Assembly: GCA_951406725.2 (NCBI GenBank)
Contig: OX597818.1
Coordinates: 1,054,001-1,118,000, forward strand
Source of the DNA: Octopus vulgaris
Lineage: Eukaryota
Reading direction: 5' to 3'
DNA: 64,000 bases
Made by a program: the position numbers and the translations under genes. Of this stretch, positions 28,400 through 42,572 are shown piece after piece. Position 1 is the stretch's first letter; every line of letters begins with the position of its first letter. A model generated the notes under the pieces. That model saw only the letters and a program-made list of their open reading frames with translations, was not told where the DNA came from and made no database searches.

Positions 28400-31240
28400 T
28401 AGCAACATGAGTTACTATGAATGCGAATAAAAATTCATATTGAGGGAGTGGAGCAGATAGCTTCATTATTTCCATTCACGTGGAAAATTCAGGGGTTCAA
28501 TGGACAGACTTCTCCCTTGTGCAGTTAGTCATCGCGTCCTGTATGTTTTCGGCTGTTATCGGCATTTCGCAGAACTCCGCATCTCTGACTGACTGAAAGG
28601 CGCGGAATGCCACCGAGATGGTTGAAATCCACTTCCGTGTACGATTCACCGCGCACTCTGTTTAGTTTGGCAAAGTAGCGCTGAAATAACGCTCACAACT
28701 GCTTGGATCCGAGTAACCATTCAAGTCCGTCAAATACAGAATTATGGCATTGTTGGCACGTAGCGCCTCTGTCACGTGGGTCCACCGAACAGCTTTCATT
28801 CCCTCGTGTATTAGCGCACGCGCCCTATCTCTGACAACGTAATGTTTAGCAGTGAAGAATTGACCAAGAGCCAATCTCGCCGTCAGCACGTCAATCGCTA
28901 TGTCTCTTCTAAGCGCTTTTTCTTGCTTCCTAACTGGATCTCCATCTATACTAGATTCCTTCACGCTATTTCTTTACTAAACCTTACCAACTCTACTCTT
29001 GTAGACCTATTCAAGTTTATCGACCATCGGTTGTTGATGATTGCACCCGGCAACTTCCGATGGATTAACTTGCTAAACAACTCGGTCTCTGAATGCTTGA
29101 CTCACTGGGAAAGACGCGTTCAACTTCCAGCACCCGGGTCTCTGTCTATGGATCCTATCTAAGTCGCCCGTACAGATTATAAATTTGTGGTCTGAATAGT
29201 CGACGACTTTGAATTGTGAACAACTTATGCTACCTACAAAATACTATACCATCTGAAAGACCCGATACTATGTGCCCATGTTCACAATGGCGCATCCAGG
29301 AAATCCAATCGGAACCTCTCAGTCAACTAGAAACGACTGATAGGTTTGTGAAGCTTTCACACCCCAATCTCCTATCTGGCTGACCCACCTCAGTCGGAGT
29401 GTACACAGCAACTAGTCTAAAACTACCACCTTCGCTATTGCTCACATCCAGGACCACCAACTTACTGTCCGGGTCCAGTAAGATCGTCCGTACCTCAAGA
29501 TCTAGGCCTTTCCTAAATAGCATTGCCACCCCTCCTTCCATTACAGGTCGAGCCAGAGATGAGTAGATCGTCAAAAAGTAACGTAGTGTGCGCGTGTTCG
29601 AAACCGTGGTCTCCCTGGTGACTATCACATCCAATCCTAGCGACCTGAAGTCATTGAGCGAGAGATCTTGTTTCCATGACGTCCCCAGGCCAGATGGTGC
29701 GACTCCCCGGCTCTGTCTGCAGTTCCTTTGGGAACTCTTAAAAGTCTGTTGGTAGTTTTTACATTAGGGGTTCTCACGTCGTAGGGGGAAAGCCACCCTA
29801 ATGTTTTTAGATATTGATTGCGGCATGCGCACTAACAAAAGCTCTTCCGGAAGTTCAAAAGTGCTGATGTCATATATTGCAACCCTCTCTCAATTCCTTT
29901 ATCCCGAGCTATGAGGACCAACAAAACTTTGTTGGTTCCCCCCAATAGCACGAAATTTGGAGTCTGTGTGGGTAACTGTTTTTTGTAAGCACTCTCTTTT
30001 GGTGTGAGGTAAGGTTGTGATAGTGTTGGTTGTGCTGGTGATGGCAGCGTTGGTTGTGTTGATGGTTGTGGAGCTGGTGGGGTTGGTGCTGTTGTAGGTG
30101 TGACTACTTGCTGAGAGAGCGCTCTTTCCGTTCATCGGTGTGTGTGTCAGTCTGAGACCGAGTGTTTTCCCTTTTTTCTTTCTTTCTGTTTATGGGGTTT
30201 CTCCTCGTCTTTATTTCGAGATGTGGAGAAACCAGAGTTTGTGGAGTACACCGGAGATATGGGCAGGTGTATGTTTGTATATTTGTGAGAATTTACGTAA
30301 GTGTTTATGTGAGAGGGGGTGGAGAACTGAGTTGAGAGCTTGGATGGTCCTTTCTGCCGATGTTCTTGTCGATGTTGGTGTTGACAGTGGTGGTGGTTCT
30401 ATTGGGGCTATTTCTGCTGCTGTTTCTGTTACTGTCCTTTTGCTGCTGCAACCGGTCCTTCCGTCGCAGATAGAGCTACCATTGGAAACGCCGCTGCTGC
30501 ATCCGTCATTGTTGGGGTCGTGGAGTTTGGTGGTGTGATTTTTCTTGTGATCCACAAGCCACTGTTGCCGTTGTTGCTGCACTTTTCTTGTCTTGTTGTA
30601 AATGTCAGCGGTGGGGCCTTCCTTTCTCTCCTTTTGTTTTTGTTGCGTGGGCAGAATATCAGTAGATGATCCGTCATTCCACAGACATGGAATCTCGATC
30701 ATCTTCCCACCACACTCACTCTTAAATCTATTCTACTGGGTCGGGAGATCAGGTCTGGCATTCTCTCCAGTTGGCTGGCTTTACATGGAGAAGTACCACC
30801 TGTGTAATCCTGGTCTATTTCCCCCTCTCCAATACCACACAAGCGAGAACCCACCACAAATCTAGTTCTGGTGGCACCCCTTGTATGGTAATTTTCACTG
30901 CCATTTCCCCCAAATATGTAGGGAAGAGTGCTGGATTACCAGGGCTTCAGTCTTCGAATCCACCGAATAGCTTGCTCTTGATATATGGCCGATGTCCTGC
31001 TATATTTCGTGCAGGGCCCTTTCAGTTGGGACTTCGTCGCTGTTGCCAGATGCAAGACTTGAGGCTAATGCTATTTTTCTGGCTGTAGCAGATTGTGTCT
31101 CAGGAGACGGAGCCGGCTCCACCTTTCCCCCTCGAATTTTCTAAATTTAGCCGCACTCGACAGGTTTTATCCTCTAGGGAGCGAGCAAAAATATTTTTTT
31201 AGGTGGCCACATTCGCGAAGGAAACCTTACTCGTTACTGT
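28400..31240 (-). mobile_element. Old decayed Tx1-like LINE: ORF1 zinc knuckle plus APE and linker
   Basis: GGVAMLFRKGL..FRLVAVY (APE); DVLTARLALGQFF resembles DVLAARLALDQHF of the 23-kb copy; ORF1 remnant HVCGMTDHLLIFCP near 30650-30690; boundaries approximate. Confidence 0.7.
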
Positions 31241-31251
31241 TGGTGGAGTTG

Positions 31252-31316
<65 letters not shown>

Positions 31317-32184
31317 TCTACTTTGCTGTTATCGCCTCTGTTGCTGTCAAACTGCCACTGCCCCTGCTACCGCGACTGTTGTTGCTACTGCTACTATTGA
31401 TGTCGCCTTTACTGTTTTTCCTGCTGCTGCTGCTACCGTCCACCGTTACACGAGATGAACTTTGAACTATAACCATGTCCGTTGTTCCCTCTCCTTCGCC
31501 TGCCTTATTTTTGATATTGTTATTGTTACCGTTGCCTCCGTCACCGCCGCCGCACTGTTTGATCGTCATACACACACAAGAGAACGAAGAAAAGGGAAGT
31601 TTTCAGCTGCAAGAGGGCTATTTTCTTTTTGAATGCTTTAAAGCTGGACGCTGCTATCTTGTAATGGGTTTTGTTTTTAAAGCCCACTTGAGTGGATTTT
31701 TAGGGGAAGCAAACATATTGCTCCTTACGAGGAAAAACAACCACAGAACACCAGAGTTAGAGTTAGGGTTAGTGACAGGATGTTGTCTCAGTTTTAGACG
31801 CAGTAAATGATTTTAGCTCAATAGAGGCAATAGGATTGGTTAAAATTCGAAAAATTAAACTACGTTAAACTTACATATTACAATTTTCTCAAGAAAGCCA
31901 AGAGAAAAAAATGTTTTAGTTTGACACATTCTATCAGTATACGAAGTTTAAAAGTGTTTAGATAACTAGAAATTGTGTTGAAAACTGCCGCTCAAAAGGA
32001 AAAGATCCCAATATTTTAAGCAGAACTTACTCTGTGTGTTCGAAAATACTTCTGATGTATTTCCCAGCAAATGTAATAACAATAACAACAACAACAGTAA
32101 TTTGACAATCAGTACAAATCCCCGGTAGACACAATATCTCCGATCAATAACCTCACGATATTGTATACTGTGCGAATAATAATG

Positions 32185-32238
<54 letters not shown>

Positions 32239-32261
32239 TAATAATAATAATAATAATAATA

Positions 32262-32890
32262 ATCTGCAAAAATCTGGATTTGCCCCATGAAAAAAACTGG
32301 TGGGAACACAAAACACCCCCAGTGCTTGAAAATGACGACATCTCACTCCTCTGGAACTTCACCATTCAAACTGACAGAAAGATAGATGCAAATAGGCCAG
32401 ACATCATATTGAAAGACTTCAAACAAAGAACATGCCTCCTCATTGATATGACTGTCCCAATCGATATAAACGTATCTGTCAAGACCTACCAATAACTGAG
32501 CAAATATAAAAATCTTGAAATAGAAATCAGCAAAATGTGGAACCTGAAGACTAAAACAATACCTGTTGTCATAGGTGCCCTGGGAATGATAGCAAAAGGG
32601 GCTGATTGCCACCTAACTCAGATACCAGGAAACCCCCCAAATGGCAGAAATTCAAAAGATAGTGCTCATGGGAACTGCTCATATCCTACGCAAAATACTT
32701 TCTATGTAATCTCAAGGTTTAAAACAAACATTTTTTTTTAGACATCCACCAGTACAACACAAAAAACAACCAAATATATGGTACACTAGGCATAACAACA
32801 ACGTGAACTTCCAACCTGTTGTCTCTTGAGGTCTCCGGGTGAGACTTGGAGCCAGCTTGTACAAATATAAAGCAAAAGTCAAACATACAA
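32262..32890 (+). mobile_element. R4/Dong LINE 3' end (RLE endonuclease, 3' UTR, (AAT)n tail)
   Basis: LWNFTIQTDRKIDANRPDIIL..LLIDMTVP..KYKNL..IPVVIGALG; (AAT)n on both sides. Confidence 0.9.
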
Positions 32891-32901
32891 TAATAATAAT
32901 G

Positions 32902-32977
<76 letters not shown>

Positions 32978-32997
32978 TATTAATAATAATAATAATA

Positions 32998-33216
32998 ATC
33001 CTTTCTACTATAGGCACAAAGCCTGGATTTTGTGTGTGTGTGGGGGGGAGAGTCAATCACATCGACCCCAGTACTCAACCGGTACTTAATTTATCAATCC
33101 CGAAAGGATGAAAGGCAAAGTCGACCTCGGCGGAATTTACACTCGGAACGTGAAGACAGACGAAATACTACTAAGCATTTTGCTCTGTGTGCTAACGATT
33201 CTGCCAGTTCGCCGTC

Positions 33217-33218
<2 letters not shown>
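32998..33218 (-). mobile_element. SINE family A copy
   Basis: Reverse complement of the family core (cgaaaggatgaaaggcaaagtcgacctcggcggaattt). Confidence 0.85.
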
Positions 33219-33287
<69 letters not shown>

Positions 33288-33288
<1 letters not shown>

Positions 33289-34708
33289 TGAAAACTATAC
33301 TTGATATTGATGCCACCATAGAAACCATCAAGCAAAAGGTATCTGCTAAAGCTGCCCGCATAGCGAGGTATGAAAAGCGTGTTAGATTCTTCAGGGACAA
33401 CAACATGTTCAAAAATAACCCCAAAAATTTTTACAGGAAGATAGGAAAAACAACAGTTACTGTAAAGTCTGTACCATCAAAAGAAGAAGTGCAGGGATTT
33501 TGGAATAAAATTTGGGCAGAAGAAAAAACACACAGCGAAAAGGCCCCCTGGATTGATAGAATATCTAAAGAACTGGACTCCTTAGAAGAGCAAAAGTGGG
33601 AGGGTGTCAAGGTAGAAGATATAAGATCTGCTCTCAGGAGGTCAAGCAAATGGAAGTCTCCAGGAAAGGATAAAATCCCTAACTTCTGGTTGAATGCCTT
33701 CCCAGAGAGCTATGAACTGCTAACAAAACTTTACAATGATGTTTTGCAACACCCTAGTAGGATGCCTCCTTGGCTAGTTAATGGGTTAACATTCCTGCTT
33801 CCAAAAAGTGAAGAAACAAATGAATCAAAAAACTATAGACGCATAACCTGCTTAACAACTATGTATAAAACACTAACATCTGTCCTGACGGAATATACCT
33901 ATAGTTTTTTGACAGACAGCAGCATATTCCCTAATGAACAGAAAGGATGTAAACGTGGATCCTATGGTTGTAAAGATCAACTACTCATCAATAAGATGAT
34001 CTTAGAAGATTGTCACAAACGACACAAAAACTTATCAATAGCCTGGATAGACTATAAAAAGGCTTTTGATAGCCTACCACATAGCTGGATTAAGAAATGC
34101 CTAGAAATGTATAAGATAGCACCTGCTCTGCGAAACTTTTTGTCTGTAAGTATGAGATCATGGAGAACCACACTAACTTTGAACAGTGACAATGAATCTC
34201 TAAATGCTGGTGATGTAAAAATTTCATGTGTCATTTTCCAGGGTGACTCACTATCACCACTCCTCTTCTGTTTAGCCTTTATACCTCTCTCAAAACTGCT
34301 CAATGACGCGCAGTACGGATATAAAATGTTTGATAAAAATATAAATCATCTCATTTACATGGATGATTTAAAGCTCTTTGCAAAAAATTACCAACAACTC
34401 AAGGGCTTACTAGCGATTGTCAAACAATTAAGTGATGACATCAGAATGCAATTTGGCCTCGATAAATGTACAAAAGCTACTTTTATCAAAGGAAAAATGA
34501 CAGAAACATCTAACGTTAACCTTGACCAGCAGAATGTCATAAAAGAATTAGACCCAGCGGAGAACTACAAGTATCTAGGGGTAATTGAAGGAGACGGAAT
34601 AAGGCATTCAGAGATGAAGGAAAGGACCAGGAGAGAATGTTATCGCAGAGTAAGAGCAATACTCAAGACAGAGCTGAATGCGAGAAAAAGGATCGAAGCG
34701 ATCAATGC
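33288..34708 (+). pseudogene. R4/Dong LINE reverse transcriptase fragment (open frame, truncated at both ends)
   Basis: WKSPGKDKIPNFWL, EQKGC, AWIDYKKAFDS, IFQGDSLSPLLF, YMDDLKLF, YKYLG; flanked by AAT/TTA repeats; the N-terminal part of ORF 33108 is SINE and microsatellite read-through. Confidence 0.92.
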
Positions 34709-34720
34709 ATTATTATTATT

Positions 34721-35268
34721 GAGTGAGAGAGCAGTGCATGCCATCAAAGTGACACTGGGGTAAAATATACGAAGCCCAGTATACCCATCATGACTACCCG
34801 TCTGATAAGGGTACAACAGGCACATGCATCAGAACCATATGTGCGCGACATGGTGATCTCATATCAAGATAAACAGCACATGACCTTGCTGGTGGAGCCC
34901 AGTTAGAATTTTCTTCTGGTCGAGTAGCCCATCCCGCTCAAAAGGTCCCTGAATAAGGGGTGTTTAAGGATGTTGAACGAAACACCCATGTTTCCAAGGG
35001 TGAATTATTCAAACCCCAAAGAATCCCTCTCAACACATAGCTATGATGCTCCCCTACTACTTCTGCTCGGCTCGTGATCAGAGATGCACATATCGTCAGC
35101 CAGTAAAGGACATGCTCAACTGGTTACGGTCAAACAACTGACAAGCAAATATGTGGTATTGAGTAGAATATTTGCTGTAGCCCATCTTTTATACTAAGGC
35201 AAAACAATGTACATAATAACACTTCCAGAAGCCACGAGAGCCACAGCCTGGTACTGCATCAGGGCATT
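34721..35268 (-). mobile_element. Second copy of the ~560-bp (AAT)n-associated element
   Basis: Reverse complement of 12951-13508 with a small internal deletion. Confidence 0.85.
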
Positions 35269-35321
35269 ATTATTATTATCATTATCATAATTATTATTAT
35301 TATTATTATTATTATTGTTAT

Positions 35322-37981
35322 TATTCAGGTCACAGGCTGGAATAAAACCCGGAAGCTTGGGGTTAGTAGCCTGTACTCTTAACCACTACGCCATATGCCC
35401 TTGGGCAATTATGGAGTGAATTTTAGGGCTTATAAATCTAATATTTTCTTATCCTTCCTTAATACCTGTTCCCATATGCTATTCATATCTGCAATCTGTC
35501 TGCTTAGGAGGTTGTTGTGTCCTAGCATATGTGCTGCTTCTTTCAGTTTTCGTATTTTCCAGTAGTGTTCTCTGTCTATTATTTTAAGTTCATCCCACAG
35601 TGGGAGGTGGTCTCTATTTTTCCATATATGATCAGCTATATCCAATTTATCAATATCTCCACGTGTCACAGTTCTGCCATATTCCTCTACCCTTATTTTG
35701 AGGGGGCAGCATGTTTCGCCTTTGTATAACCTATCAAAGCTGCATGGGATGGAGTGCACGCAGTTTTTGGTCATGTTCTCTCCTATTGGCGGTTTTATCC
35801 GAAGGAGATATTTGCGAAGTGTTGTATTACTCTTGAATACTGTACTGATGGGCCGCATATCTTTTGTAATTTTTTCAGAGAGGCATTTCACATAGGGTAG
35901 ACATACTGTGGAAAGTTTACTGATTTCATCTTCTCTTTTCTTCATAATTGGAGTAGATAGTATGTTTTTGGGGGTAGTTGTGGCTTAATAGATTGTTACT
36001 GAGCTTGATCATTTCTTCGTGGTGAGTATCACGATCGCTGCTTATATTTTTTGCGCGATATTTTAGGCACTGAGCAATCCCTCTCTTTACACTGTGTGGA
36101 TGGTAGGAATTGAAGTTAAGGTATCTTCCAGTGAAGGTCGGCTTGCGGTATACGTATGTCCTGAATCCATACTTGGTGCGTGTTATTAATACGTCCAGGA
36201 ATGCTAGCAGATTGTCTTTTTCCTTTTCCATTGTGAACTGTATTGATGGCTTTATTGAGTTCACATGATCTAACAGCACTTGGACATCTTCCTGGTGGGG
36301 CCAGAGTATAAAAGTGTCATTAACATATCGCAGCTATAGGGTTGGTTCTAGTGGTGTTGATCCTAAAGCCAAATTCTCAAAGTATTCCATGTATATATTG
36401 ACTATTATCGGAGATAATGGTGAACCCATTCCTAAACCCTCCTCTTGTCAATATATATCGGTGTCCATACTGAAATAGGTAGTTTCTACACAGGTAGTTT
36501 CCATCAAGTTTCTTATTGGTATACTAGTGCGTTCTTTTAGATGGGTGTCTATCACTAGTTTCTCTTGAATCACCGATAGTGCTTCATCAGTTGGGACTTT
36601 GGTGAACAGACTTATCACATCTTGACTCGCCATCTGGTTGGATCCAATGGAAATATCCTTAATCAATTCTGTGAAGTGGGTGGAATTCTTCACGTGCGAT
36701 GTTGACTTTCTTGCTAATGGACTGATTATATCCACAAGGAAGCGGCTCAATGGATGACATTCTGAACCTCTACAGCTCACTATAGGTCTTAATGGAATAC
36801 CATCCTCTTGAATCTTAGGGAGACCGAACAAGTGTGGTAGTTTACTGTAGTGTTGAGTCAGTTGTCTGTATTTCATTGGTGTAAAGTGATATTTGTTCTT
36901 GGTCAAGATCTGTGACAACTTCCTCTCGGTTTTCAGAGTTGGGTCTTTTTTTACTTTGCTGTAGCTACCATCACTTATAAGACTTGCCAATTTTTCCGAC
37001 TAGTCAGACTTGTTCATCACTACAGTAGCATTTCCCTTGTCCGCTGGAAGCATTATAATGGAATTGTCACTCTGTAGTCTTTTGATAGCAAACTTTTCTT
37101 CCTTAGTGATGTTTGTTTTGGGAAATTTCGCTTTTTCTTGCACCTGTCTCACTTTCCACCTTAGTTTATCTCCCCGAGCTTTTGGTATATTTATGGCTAG
37201 CTCTTCAATATCGTGTCCAAGTATGGAGTGCGCTTGAATGGTTGTTGCAAAGTTGAGACCTTTGTTTAATACTGCTTCTTCAGAGCTTTCGCAATGTCGG
37301 CTACTTATATTAATTACTGCTTTCACAGGTGGGTGACGGACTTAAGCCTTCATTCTCTGACCTTTGAATTTCATAAACTTCTTAATCTGGCGTGTCTTCC
37401 CCATTTAAAATTCTTTAATGTGCGACTTTTCTAGATCTCGTTGGATTCTCTTTCTATCATCATCTCTGGTTATTTTCCCGAGTAATGAAGATAAACTCTC
37501 TATGATTTCGTTATTTAGTTGATGTTTTTTCGAACGGTTGTAATGGATTCTCTCACGGACTAGGGCATGTCCTGCCCTTTCCGCTCTCTTCTAGCTTTAT
37601 ATGAATCCACTGGTAGAGGAACATCGCAAAGCTGTGACACGAGGAGATATTGATAAATCGGCTATGGCTGATCATGTATGGAAAAATGGAGACCACCTTC
37701 CACTGTGGGATGAACTTAAAATAATAGACAGAGAACAATACTGGAAAATACGAAAACTGAAAGAAGCAGCACATATGCTAGGACACAACAACCTCCTAAG
37801 CAGACAGATTGCAGATATGAATAGCATATGGGAACAGGTATTAAGGAATGATAGGATAATATTAAATTTAAAAACCCTAAAATTCACTCCATAATTGCCC
37901 AAGGGCATATGGCGTAGTGGTTAAGAGTGCGGGCTACTAACCCCAAGCTTCCGAGTTTGATTCCAGCCTGTGAACTGAATA
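35322..37981 (-). mobile_element. Poseidon-like Penelope element with inverted 3' duplication, disrupted
   Basis: LNKGLNFA, PADKGNATVVM, LFGLPKI, LRPIVS, DVISLFT, LAFLDV, VYRKPT, LPYV, VHSIPC..YKGET (GIY-YIG); 35322-35691 repeated inverted at 37612-37981; AAT repeats at both ends. Confidence 0.9.
37903..37976 (+). other. tRNA-like module at the PLE 3' end (second copy 35328-35400, minus)
   Basis: GGGCATA-TGGCGTAGTGG (A box), GGG-CTACTAA-CCC anticodon-like arm, gagtttgattcc (B-box-like); imperfect T and acceptor stems, so not called a functional tRNA. Confidence 0.65.
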
Positions 37982-37985
37982 ATAA

Positions 37986-38021
<36 letters not shown>

Positions 38022-38024
<3 letters not shown>

Positions 38025-38663
38025 CCTTTCTATGGAAAGCGCAAAGCCTGAAATTTGAGGGGAGGGGACTAGTCGATTACATTGACCCAAGTGTGTAACT
38101 GGTACTTAATATTTCGACCCTGAAAGGATGAAAGGCAAAGCCGACCTCGGCGGAATTTGAACGCAGAACGTAACGGCAGACGAAATACCTATTTTTTTAT
38201 TACCCACAAGGGGCTAAACATAGAGGGGAAAAACAAGGACAGACATAGGTATTAAGTCGATTACATCGACCCCAGTGCGTAACTGGTACTTAATTTATCG
38301 ACCTCGAAAGGATGAAAGGCAAAGTTGACCTCGGCAGAATTTGAACTCACAACGTAACGGCAGACGAAATACCGCTCAGCATTTCGCCCGGTGTGCTAAC
38401 GTTTCTGCTAGCTCGCCTCCGCCGCCGCAGTAGCAGCAGTAAAAATAATAATAATGGTTTCAAATTTTGCCACAAGGACAGCAATTTTGGTGGAGGGATG
38501 AGTCGATTACATCGACCCCACTGTTCAACTGGCACTCTTTTTATCGACCCCGAAAAGATGAAAGGTAAAGTCGACCTCGGTGGAATTTGAACTCAGAACG
38601 TAGCGACGGACAAAATACCACTAAACATTTTGCTCGGCGTGCTAATGATTTTGCCAGCTCACC
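38022..38663 (-). mobile_element. Cluster of SINE family A copies
   Basis: Three reverse-complement family cores. Confidence 0.85.
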
Positions 38664-38681
38664 TTAATAGTAATAATAATG

Positions 38682-38797
<116 letters not shown>

Positions 38798-38814
38798 AAT
38801 GATAATGATAATAA

Positions 38815-38903
<89 letters not shown>

Positions 38904-38904
38904 G

Positions 38905-39660
38905 TCACATGTATGTGAGTATAGCAAACAAGCGAAACTATCTCACATGTAAGTGTAGCAAACTGTTCCAAAAGCGTTACAAAATGAGGCAAGATAACTA
39001 AGTTTGACTAAGTTTGTTCACTGGAGCCTGTGTGTAAAGTACGTTCTGGAAAGAGCATGGAAGTGGTACGAATATGAGAACAATTAATTATTTTTAAAAA
39101 TTTGTTTTATTAATATATTTGTCTGCATGAGTTTACTTTATGCGTATTTCAGTATTATGTATACCTGACATTTTTGTGGGATTTTACAATCCAATGTAAA
39201 TCCTTAATTGATACTCGGAGACCATACAATGTTGTGGCTGATAAAGGGAAAAAGGTAAGTAAGGTCATGAAGAGGATGCACGCGTAGGTGACACAAAGTT
39301 AGAAAAGATGGAAAAATATAAAATCTAGAAGACGAAATTGCAAGAATGTGGGCAATGAGGAGAGTGACTGTTATCCCAGTAGTTGTAGGAACACCCGGAG
39401 CAATAACAACCAAGTTCGAGAAATATGTCAGAGAAACTGGAATTGATATGAGGGCTGAGCATGCCACCCATTCAAACTGCACTATTGGAGACAACTAGGA
39501 TTTTGAGATTGGTACTTGAGTGCTGTGCATCATCCATAATACTTAGTATCCAAGTACCAAGTCTTATAATTTGTGGAAAGAACCCTGTGATCTCTGACAG
39601 AATCAACTAGAGCAAGTAAGACCGAGGGCTCTGAGAAGTAAAATATAATGATGATATAGT
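38905..39660 (+). pseudogene. Decayed R4/Dong RLE 3' fragment
   Basis: KWYEY..LWDFTIQC, ARMWAMRRVTVIPVVVG remnants following a long (AAT)n array. Confidence 0.7.
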
Positions 39661-39701
39661 CTTCTGTATGTGGTTTATGTATTATGTATTTTTTTACCTA
39701 C

Positions 39702-40665
39702 CTTTATCTGAAGGCAATATTGGTGGAAAGGAAATATTATGCATGTAATTTTTATGCTTCGATGATGGAACTCCTTTTCTGTCAGAATGTGATTTTGGAA
39801 ATTTGAAATCTCCATATTTCCCTTTTAATCTATTTAATATTTTTGCTTTAGTCTTAGATTTCCCATTTAACCCATTTAATACTTTTCCTTTAGTCTTATA
39901 TACTTTGTGTGTTTTAGCGTCTGGTAATGTTTTGTTAATAATTATGGTTTGTTTCATAATAATCGTTGTAAAGGTTTTATCTTTTTTTACTTTTTCAGCC
40001 GTTAAGCCTAATGTGGATTCCATTTCTTTTAGGACGTTCTTTTTTAACTTTTCCTTCTTCTCCTTTTCTACGTCGTCTTCAACTTCCTCATCCTCTTCCT
40101 CTTTATCAGCCTCAAACTTTTCTTCCTCTACCTCCTCCTCATCATCATAAACATCCTTGTCTACATTGGACTTCTTGCCTTGATATTTATACGATATAAC
40201 GATTTTCGACATATTCTTACGATTGTCTTCTTCATTACGAACTGTTACATCCGTTTGTTTTCCTTGGATTAACTTAGTAAGGGCTTTTAACAAATTATTT
40301 GCAACATCTGAGCCGTTATTACGCATTATATTACTAGTTTTATTGCCATTTCCAGTTCTTACTACTTTAGTTTTCTGAGTCAAATCTCTTACTTGTGAAA
40401 CTAATTTATCTATAGAGTCTTCATCGTGTAAAGTCTTCCTTTTTTGTCTCAAAAATTTAAGTTTATTTTGAGAATTCCCTAGAATAAATTTCCGCAGAAA
40501 AGATGTAAATGTCTCCGCAAATAAGAATATCCTTTTGTTGAACGAAGAACTTGAGATATCCGTTTTATTGTCCACTTTGTAATGGGCGTTTGATGAAGGC
40601 AAGCAGCTCTGAGATACAAAACCGTTACACATTACAAAATATATTAAAAGCCAGATCGGTATCAT
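39702..40665 (-). CDS. First coding exon of an orphan secreted Lys-rich precursor protein
   Basis: 321 codons of non-transposon open frame; ATG in aacaATG context; hydrophobic N-terminus MIPIWLLIYFVMCNG; RQKR site; acidic tract; ends at donor AAG|GTAGGT. Confidence 0.72.
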
Positions 40666-40834
40666 TGTTAGTATTTATGACTTTTTACAGTATCCCATCG
40701 AGATTGGCTTCAAGCTATCAGATAAAACAGGTCGACTAAATGATTGACATGTTTTTTTGCTGTGATGTCATAGTACCATGACGCCAAAATCTCGTTACTT
40801 CACGAGATCTCGGAAGCCATGACAATTGATAGTG

Positions 40835-40843
40835 TTTATATAT
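40835..40843 (-). promoter_or_regulatory. Candidate TATA box
   Basis: TATATAAA on the minus strand ~170 nt upstream of the ATG; AT-rich background weakens the call. Confidence 0.3.
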
Positions 40844-42344
40844 GTAAATATCTGAATGACTTTCACTTTTGCTAAAAGTAGAAATGAATATGAAATATTT
40901 TATAATTTTACGTATGAATAAGAGATAATTTAATATGATCCTAGCCCAAGTTTGAAACATACAACAATAGCTGTAGTCGGTGGTAGTTTTCATAGTTGTC
41001 GGCTTCGGCTGATGCACTTGTTAGCTGTTGCCGTTGCTGCTACTCGTGCCACAGCCTCCACGCCAACTAACCACTAACAAAACGCGATCGGCCATACATC
41101 GAAAGGAAATCAGGTTAATATTTCTGAACCTGAACTCGGAGAAGTCCTGTTTCGCGGTGGGAAGGCAGCACGTTTGCGCGTTTCCGCTGTCGAGGTTGGA
41201 TGTCGAGCTAAGGAGTGGTAATGCAAGCGAACCGAGAGATGTTGCTAGGTGCCCCGTAAAGAGTATCTATTCTTCGTAAAGGCTCGTGTCTGTGGAACGT
41301 CTCATCCAAAGGTATGGATATGGTACCTGCAGGGTACCATGTCTTCAGCTTTATACATTCTCTTATTTTACTAAAACTCCTCTTCAATATTCCAAACAAT
41401 ATTCTCAACTGCTTTAATCAATAATCTCTAATGAACTAAAGCATAAGGAATGGTAACATACAGGAAACGAAATAACTAGCAAATGAGCTGTAACATCGAG
41501 TGTTAAGTAGCAATGATAAGATGCTACATATTAAAAAAAGTCCATCAAGAAAGTCCAAAGCAAGAAATCTACTTAAAAAAATCCCTTAACAGTTTTTGAT
41601 CAAGAAACTGTCACGTTGTTCACAATCGGAATCAAACTAAAAGACTGCACTTAAAGTCATATTATAATTTCTTATACTTTGCAGTGTATGAAACAGAGAG
41701 CGTATCATTGTGGATTGTCTTTTTACAGTTTTCATGAATCAAACGAAACATTAGCATTTACTTTGGTGTCACTCGTGTTATTTCACATGTCAGATGTATG
41801 TTCTGTTTATATGATTTTATATCAAAGAAGCCACTTAAATAAATATCTTCCGCCAAACACATTGGTTAAATATATGCGTCAAGGGGGTGGCTGAATGAAA
41901 TAAAATGAAATAAAACAAAAAATAATAAAGCAGGTCTAATCTGTCAAAAGCCATCTTTGGGTGTGTTTACTTACATAAAAAAAAATCTTTGAAATATCCA
42001 TTTATAAAAGAAAGCACATTAAATGCATTCTCATTTTTTAAACTTTGTTACTGACGATAACAAAAATAAAATACTTTTATCTGAATGATATAGCCAGACT
42101 GTTTTATGTGTTCCATTAGCTCAATTGAAAACATCGTATTATGCTATTGCACTAGTATAAACAGAAATATTTATTGTTTATTTAAAGATGTACAAACTAT
42201 TGCTCTCAGATTATTGTCGAATCATCACTTCAAGTGTTATAATTGTAGACACAAGACAGCTGATAGCATACGATATACTTACTGATTTATGTATATATAC
42301 TAACTAGAAGTGTATATACAAATTGATGTATATACTTATTGATA

Positions 42345-42572
42345 GGCGGCGAGCTGGCAGAAACGTTAGCACGCCGGGCGAAATGCTTTCGTCTGCTGTT
42401 ACGAAATATGTATTTCTTCTGTCGCTACGTTCTGAGTTCAAATTCCGCCGAGGTCGACTTTGCCTTTCATCCTTTCCGGATCGGTAAATAAGTACCAGTT
42501 GCGTACTGGGGTAGATCTAATCGACTGGCCTCTTCCCCAAAATATTTCGGGCCTTGTGCCTAGAGTAAAAGA
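42345..42572 (+). mobile_element. SINE family A copy
   Basis: ggcggcgagctggcagaaacgttagc head plus family core. Confidence 0.88.

Noticed and set aside
31752-31772. Interstitial telomeric repeat
   Set aside because: Only one perfect TTAGGG unit
33108-34763. Intact 551-aa gene
   Set aside because: Chimera of a SINE, (AAT)n, a truncated Dong RT and another repeat; it lacks the endonuclease
37903-37976. Functional tRNA-Ser(ACT) gene
   Set aside because: T arm and acceptor stem are mispaired, there is no long variable arm or poly-T terminator, and it is part of a PLE end
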